DNA of 64,000 nt from Verrucomicrobiales bacterium (GTDB lineage Bacteria > Verrucomicrobiota > Verrucomicrobiia > Verrucomicrobiales > V1-33): assembly GCA_031411295.1 (NCBI GenBank), contig JANOAV010000150.1, positions 25,216 through 89,215 of the forward strand. Direction: 5' to 3'. A model generated the notes under the pieces. That model made no database searches and was not told the DNA's origin. It worked only from the letters and a program-made list of their open reading frames with translations. Position numbers and translations under genes: made by a program. Below, one piece after another: positions 59,216 to 64,000 of the stretch. Every line of letters begins with the position of its first letter. The stretch's first letter is position 1.

Positions 59216-59349
59216 GGATAGGGTGAGAGAAGAGGAGGTATAACGCTATTTCCAAATTACCACGTCGTCACGCTTTATTTATGCACGCTTGAAAGATTCT
59301 TCGCTGGTTTAACACCAGCTTCATTGAGCCAGCGTATGCTATGTCCTAA

Positions 59350-62079
59350 CTATGATGATTCCAGATTCTTCAGTAGTTCGCCAATCTGCATGACTTTGGC
59401 CCCAAAGTCCACGATGCGCTGCTGATGCTCAGCCACCACGGCCGGCGGGGCCTTGTCCACAAAACTTGGGTTTTGCAGTTTTGCGGTCGCTTTGGTGATT
59501 TCTTCTTCCAGCTTGGTGCGTTCTCTGGTGAGGCGGGCGCGCTCGGCCTCCACATCAATGAATCCTTCCAGGGGCAGGTAAATTTCGCCCACATCTGTCA
59601 GCGCTGCGGGAGTGCCGGTGGGCGGAACATAGTCTGGCTCCAGCTTGATTTCCGCCGCGCCTATGAGCAACCGCAGCACGTTGACTTCCTCAGAGGCCCA
59701 GGCCGGAGCAGGCTTTAACACCAGGGTCACGCTCTTGTTGGTGCCCAAATGATGTTCCGCCTTCAAATTCCGCGCCCGGGCCGCCGAAGCATAGACCGCC
59801 CCGGCCTTGGTTTTGGCCGCCGCCACCATTTCAGGAGCAAGGCCGGCCAACACCGATTCCGTGGGCACTTGCGTCTGCATGAGGAACGTGCCCGGCGTGC
59901 CGTAGCCCATCGTCAGCCAGAGTTCCTCGGTGATATGCGGCATGAACGGATGCAGCAGCAACAGGAAACGCCGCAACACCGTGTCCATCACGCCCAGTGT
60001 GGCAGCCGAGGTGTCTCCCTTGATGGCTTCCAGGAACAAGCTGCAATAATGCGTCCAGAAGAAATCATACAACAAGGCAGCCGTGGTATTGAACTCGTAG
60101 TTCGCATACGCGGCTTCCAACTCCTGCTGCATCGCATCCAGCTTGGCTAGGATATCGATGGCATAAATGCTGGTAGGAACATCCGTTGCAACATGAGTTG
60201 GTGTCCCGCCTTTAGGCGCAGCATCACCCAGAGCCGTGCTGGTGGCATCGCCTGAAGGCTGGACACCAACGGATGTTGCCTCATTCTGCATTTGCCGATA
60301 CCGACAGGCATTCCACAGTTTATTAGCGAAATTTCGACCTTCCTCGATCTGATTTTCGTCAAATTTCACGTCGGTGCCAGTAGGCGCAATCCGCATAATG
60401 CCAAAGCGCAACCCATCCGCCCCATACGTGGCCATCAGGTCCAGTGGATCGGGCGAATTACCGAGCGTTTTGCTCATCTTGCGGCCTAATTTATCGCGGA
60501 TGATACCGGTGAAATACACGTTTTTAAACGGCATTTCCCCCATCCATTCGTAGCCTGCCATAATCATCCGCGCCACCCAGAAGAAGATGATGTCCGGCCC
60601 GGTTACTAGATCCGTCGTAGGATAGAACGCCTTCAGCGTTGGGTTCTGCGCATCCTTGGCGTGGTCTCCCGTCCATCCCATCGTGGCGAACGGCCACAGC
60701 CAGGAGCTGAACCACGTGTCCAGCACGTCAGGGTCCTGGGTCCAATCCTCCGCATCCGCCGGAGCCTCCATACCGCAGTAAACTTCGTCCGTCGTCCGAT
60801 GATACCACACTGGAATCCGATGCCCCCACCACAACTGACGGGAAATGCACCAGTCCTGAATTCCGTCCAGCCAGTGATCGTAAACTTTCGCCCAGCGGTC
60901 CGGGTAGAACTTCATGTTACCATCCGCCACCACGGCCTGGCTTTTCTTCACGCTGGGATATTTCAAGAACCACTGCTCACTGAGTCGTGGCTCAATCGGC
61001 ACGCCCGCGCGCTCGCTGTAGCCCACGTTGTTTTGGTGCGGCTCCGTTTTCACTAACGTGCCCGCCGCTTCGAGAATTTCTGCGGCCTTTTTCCGAGCCG
61101 TGAATCGCTCGATGCCAACCAGATCCACCCCCGCCTCAGCCGTCATTTTGCCTTCCGGTGTCAGCACATCGATCACGGGCAAGCCATGACGCTGACCGAT
61201 CTCAAAGTCTGCTTTGTCATGCGCAGGCGTCACTTTCAACACGCCCGTGCCGAACTCGAAATCAACATGATCATCGCCAATAATTGGGATCATGCGCTCC
61301 TCACGCGGTTGCTCCAGCGGCAGCGCCCGCAGCACTTTCTTGCCGATCAAATGGGCGTAGCGCGGATCCTTGGGATTCACGGCCACGGCCGTATCTGCGG
61401 GGATCGTCTCCGGACGCGTCGTCGCGATAGTGAGGAAGGTGCCCGGGGCCTCTGCCAGTTCCACCTTGAAATAATACATCAGCCCACTTTGGGACCGCAT
61501 TTCCACCTCCTCATCTGAGAGCGCAGTGAGGCTGCTGGGACACCAGTTCACCATGCGTTTCCCACGATAAATCAGGCCCTTCTGATAGAGGTCCACAAAC
61601 ACCCGCTGCACCGCCCGAGTATAGGATTCATCCATCGTGAAACGCGTCCGATCCCAGTCGCAGGAACATCCCAGCATGCGCAGTTGCTTGAGAATGATGC
61701 CGCCATACTCCTCCTTCCACTCCCAAATCTTGGCCACCAACTTCTCGCGTCCCAGATCGTTCCGATGCTTGATCTCACCAGATTTCCGAAGGTTCTTCTC
61801 CACGATGCTCTGCGTGGCAATCCCCGCGTGATCCGTGCCCGGCAGCCACATCACTTCATGCCCCGTCATGCGCGCGCGGCGGGCCAGAATGTCTTGAATC
61901 GTGTTATTCAGCACGTGGCCGATGTGCAGAATGCCCGTCACATTCGGCGGCGGAATCACAATGGAATACTTCGGCTTGGACGAATGCTCGTCGCCATGGA
62001 AGCACTTGGCATCCAACCAAGCGGCATACCACTTGGCTTCCACATCGGCGGGGAGATAGGCTTTGGAAATTTCTGACAT
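59350..62079 (-). CDS. valS: Valine--tRNA ligase
   Basis: PPPNVTG.LHIGH, PGTDHAGIATQ, DWCISRQLWWGH, DVLDTWFSS, KMSKT, C-terminal coiled coil. Confidence 0.98.
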   Translation of the reverse strand: MSEISKAYLPADVEAKWYAAWLDAKCFHGDEHSSKPKYSIVIPPPNVTGILHIGHVLNNTIQDILARRARMTGHEVMWLPGTDHAGIATQSIVEKNLRKSGEIKHRNDLGREKLVAKIWEWKEEYGGIILKQLRMLGCSCDWDRTRFTMDESYTRAVQRVFVDLYQKGLIYRGKRMVNWCPSSLTALSDEEVEMRSQSGLMYYFKVELAEAPGTFLTIATTRPETIPADTAVAVNPKDPRYAHLIGKKVLRALPLEQPREERMIPIIGDDHVDFEFGTGVLKVTPAHDKADFEIGQRHGLPVIDVLTPEGKMTAEAGVDLVGIERFTARKKAAEILEAAGTLVKTEPHQNNVGYSERAGVPIEPRLSEQWFLKYPSVKKSQAVVADGNMKFYPDRWAKVYDHWLDGIQDWCISRQLWWGHRIPVWYHRTTDEVYCGMEAPADAEDWTQDPDVLDTWFSSWLWPFATMGWTGDHAKDAQNPTLKAFYPTTDLVTGPDIIFFWVARMIMAGYEWMGEMPFKNVYFTGIIRDKLGRKMSKTLGNSPDPLDLMATYGADGLRFGIMRIAPTGTDVKFDENQIEEGRNFANKLWNACRYRQMQNEATSVGVQPSGDATSTALGDAAPKGGTPTHVATDVPTSIYAIDILAKLDAMQQELEAAYANYEFNTTAALLYDFFWTHYCSLFLEAIKGDTSAATLGVMDTVLRRFLLLLHPFMPHITEELWLTMGYGTPGTFLMQTQVPTESVLAGLAPEMVAAAKTKAGAVYASAARARNLKAEHHLGTNKSVTLVLKPAPAWASEEVNVLRLLIGAAEIKLEPDYVPPTGTPAALTDVGEIYLPLEGFIDVEAERARLTRERTKLEEEITKATAKLQNPSFVDKAPPAVVAEHQQRIVDFGAKVMQIGELLKNLESS
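60197..60270. repeat. REP-like inverted pair in frame inside valS
   Basis: GTTGGTGTCCCGCCTTTAGGCG / CGCCTGAAGGCTGGACACCAAC (20/22 complementary). Confidence 0.8.
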
Positions 62080-62842
62080 AAAAAGAATGGGGGAAAATGG
62101 AACCGCAGGGACAGCCGGCGGGCGGGGAATATCCCGGGACCGCGCGGAAAGTAAACCGGGAATCTGGCATCCGAACTTGAAATTTACGGGCCCGCCTCTA
62201 CTTTCTTAACCCATTGAACCGACAGCCAAAAAAAAACGGAAAAAGACGAAAAAATCTTCAGCCTGACCCATCACAAAGTTTTTTCGGCGTTCTTTCGTTT
62301 TTTTCGGCAAATCTCACAGAGCAGATTTCCCGCCGCAAGGATAAGGATGCTGATTTCAAGCCACTGGCCATGTTATCTCTTGAGAACCAGCATGGTGGGT
62401 ATTTTATAGCATGCCGCACTGTAGGGGGAGCGCCCTTCCATGAGAAGGTAGTCAAACTGAATATCGAAATTTATTTCGCCAATTTTATTTCTGGGGCTGG
62501 TTTAGGGTTAGATGGCCAGTGGCCTTGGATCATTGAAGAACGGGATCTTGCTTCCATACGCACTCTGTTTGCTGCTCTGTCTTTGGCTGCGGTGCAAAAT
62601 TGAATCCGGTATCATCGTTGTAAAAATTGTTTTAGGGGGTAGTTTGTTGAGGACTTCGGCGTTGCCAGAGGGACACGGATGAACTACCCAATTCTTGAAA
62701 AATTGTCTGGATTTCCCTGCCTTGCTCCAAGACTTAATAGGGTGCAGGAGGAGATGGACACGCTCTTTGCGGCACTGGGAAGGTAAAATGGAGTGAAACA
62801 AATTTCTTCGTCACAAATTCAACCTCTGCGGGGATACTATAC

Positions 62843-64000
62843 ATGATGCAAACCAGCCCAACCACCGATTCCGATCTCCTCTCCCGCTACATGCAAGCGG
62901 GCGATGAAGGTGCATTTACAGCGCTGGTGCGGACGCACGAGCGGCTCGTCATCGGCACTGCAGTTCGGGTTACTGGCAATGTGGAGGCGGCCCGGGATGT
63001 AGCGCAGCAGGTGTTCGCCACGTTGGCACGGAAGGCTTGGCTACTCACGGGGCGGACGAGTCTGGTTGGTTGGCTGCACCATGCCGCGCGTCACCTGGCC
63101 CTGAGGGCAGTGCGTGGGGAGCGGGCCAGGCAACGCAGGCATGAGCAGGTGGCATTGGAAAACCCGCCGCGGCCGCAGAGCGACCTCTGGCCCACGCTGG
63201 AGGAGGCGCTGGCGGCCCTGCCTGACAATGAGCGGGAAGCAGTCGTCATGCACCATCTGCAAGATTGCGGCTATGCGGAAATGGCAACCGCGTTAGGCCT
63301 CACGGAAGCGGCGGCCAGGAAGCGAGTCTCCCGTGGCTTGAAGAGCCTTGGCGAGCAACTTCGGAAACGTGGGTTCGGAGGTTCTGCCACGGCTTTACTA
63401 GCAGGTGCCACCGCACTACAAGTGGGCACACCTTCTCTCGCGGTGGCCGGAGCCCTAACTGCAGCCACATCATTTTCACTCACCCTAACCACGCTTATGG
63501 CACACACCTCCGTTAAAATTGCAGCAGGCATCATCCTCTTTGCAGGCATCCCCATTGCCTGGCAAAGCCACGCAAACTCGACCCTGCGCGGGGAACTTGC
63601 CTCCCTGCAATCACGGCATGGAGCCGCAACTTCGGCAACGTCCGTGGCGCAGGTCAACTTGGGTGACTCGGCGTCCAGCGCGGAGCGGGAAGCTTTGGAG
63701 GCGCGAATTGCTGCGGCCCGCCAAGTCCAGACAGCGGCTCAAACGAGACTAGCCAGAGTGCAAGCGACCGTGAAGCAGTTGGAAGAGGAAGTCGTTATTT
63801 CGCATGGCAACGTGGATGAACTCGCCCGTGCCTTCATCCGAAAATTGCTGCCGATCATTGAGGTCACGGTTGAGACGGAAAAAATGAATACTAGTGAGCG
63901 AGAAGCAATGGAAACCGAACTAACCGCCCGCATGGAAGTGGTCCAGAGAGAACTCCGGCCACTGATGAAGGCCCTGATGAAGCTGGAGGACAGCCCCGCA
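62843..64000 (+). CDS. ECF sigma-70 factor with long C-terminal extension (runs off the window; absent from the ORF track)
   Basis: MMQTSPTTDSDLLSRY..GDEGAFTALVRTH...ARDVAQQVFATLARKA...LVGWLH; region 4 EAAARKRVSRGL; then a TM segment and coiled coil. Confidence 0.9.
   Translation, partial: MMQTSPTTDSDLLSRYMQAGDEGAFTALVRTHERLVIGTAVRVTGNVEAARDVAQQVFATLARKAWLLTGRTSLVGWLHHAARHLALRAVRGERARQRRHEQVALENPPRPQSDLWPTLEEALAALPDNEREAVVMHHLQDCGYAEMATALGLTEAAARKRVSRGLKSLGEQLRKRGFGGSATALLAGATALQVGTPSLAVAGALTAATSFSLTLTTLMAHTSVKIAAGIILFAGIPIAWQSHANSTLRGELASLQSRHGAATSATSVAQVNLGDSASSAEREALEARIAAARQVQTAAQTRLARVQATVKQLEEEVVISHGNVDELARAFIRKLLPIIEVTVETEKMNTSEREAMETELTARMEVVQRELRPLMKALMKLEDSPA

Noticed and set aside
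62214..62801. Small ORFs and a possible RAYT remnant (RVHLLLHPIKSWS) upstream of the sigma gene
   Set aside because: Too short and degenerate to call; overlapping ORFs conflict.
1..64000. rRNA/tRNA genes, prophage, and the many short antisense ORFs
   Set aside because: No recognisable RNA gene or phage hallmark gene; short ORFs opposite confident genes are GC-rich shadow frames.

Overview
Bacterial chromosomal window, most likely Verrucomicrobiota. This is inferred from the DUF1501 + PSD1/DUF1553 pair, Uma2, a DUF4058 fragment, a long-tailed ECF sigma factor and PVC-type REP palindromes. The housekeeping backbone (rsuA, cphA, ogt, pdxA, trhO-rluA fusion, acnA, rarA, oppD-like, valS) carries three accessory zones. 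(1) About 12.8-17.5 kb: a palindrome-rich patch with an XRE gene inside REP arms, a lone integron-cassette-like gene, a 21-nt tandem array, a helical+FN3 protein, a broken four-helix-bundle gene and a short collagen-like protein. (2) About 17.5-31.1 kb: four unrelated, co-oriented cargo genes (SMEK-NB-ARC-TPR, GalM, delta-60 propeller, large heme-motif protein). Each sits directly behind an IS91-type oriIS end, and three of the four are followed by a conserved CAAGATTTATTTTCTCTGTCTTT junction motif that also precedes a RAYT fragment. This is a candidate HUH-transposase gene-capture array. (3) About 48.3-53.3 kb: an AT-richer island with a bacterial ubiquitination-like operon (Ubl, Ser-type E2, degenerate-JAB-E1, DUF6527), preceded by an ECF sigma / small protein / IrrE-type peptidase trio and a DCL-HNH-like gene. 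All family assignments come from motif recognition by eye; no database searches were run.
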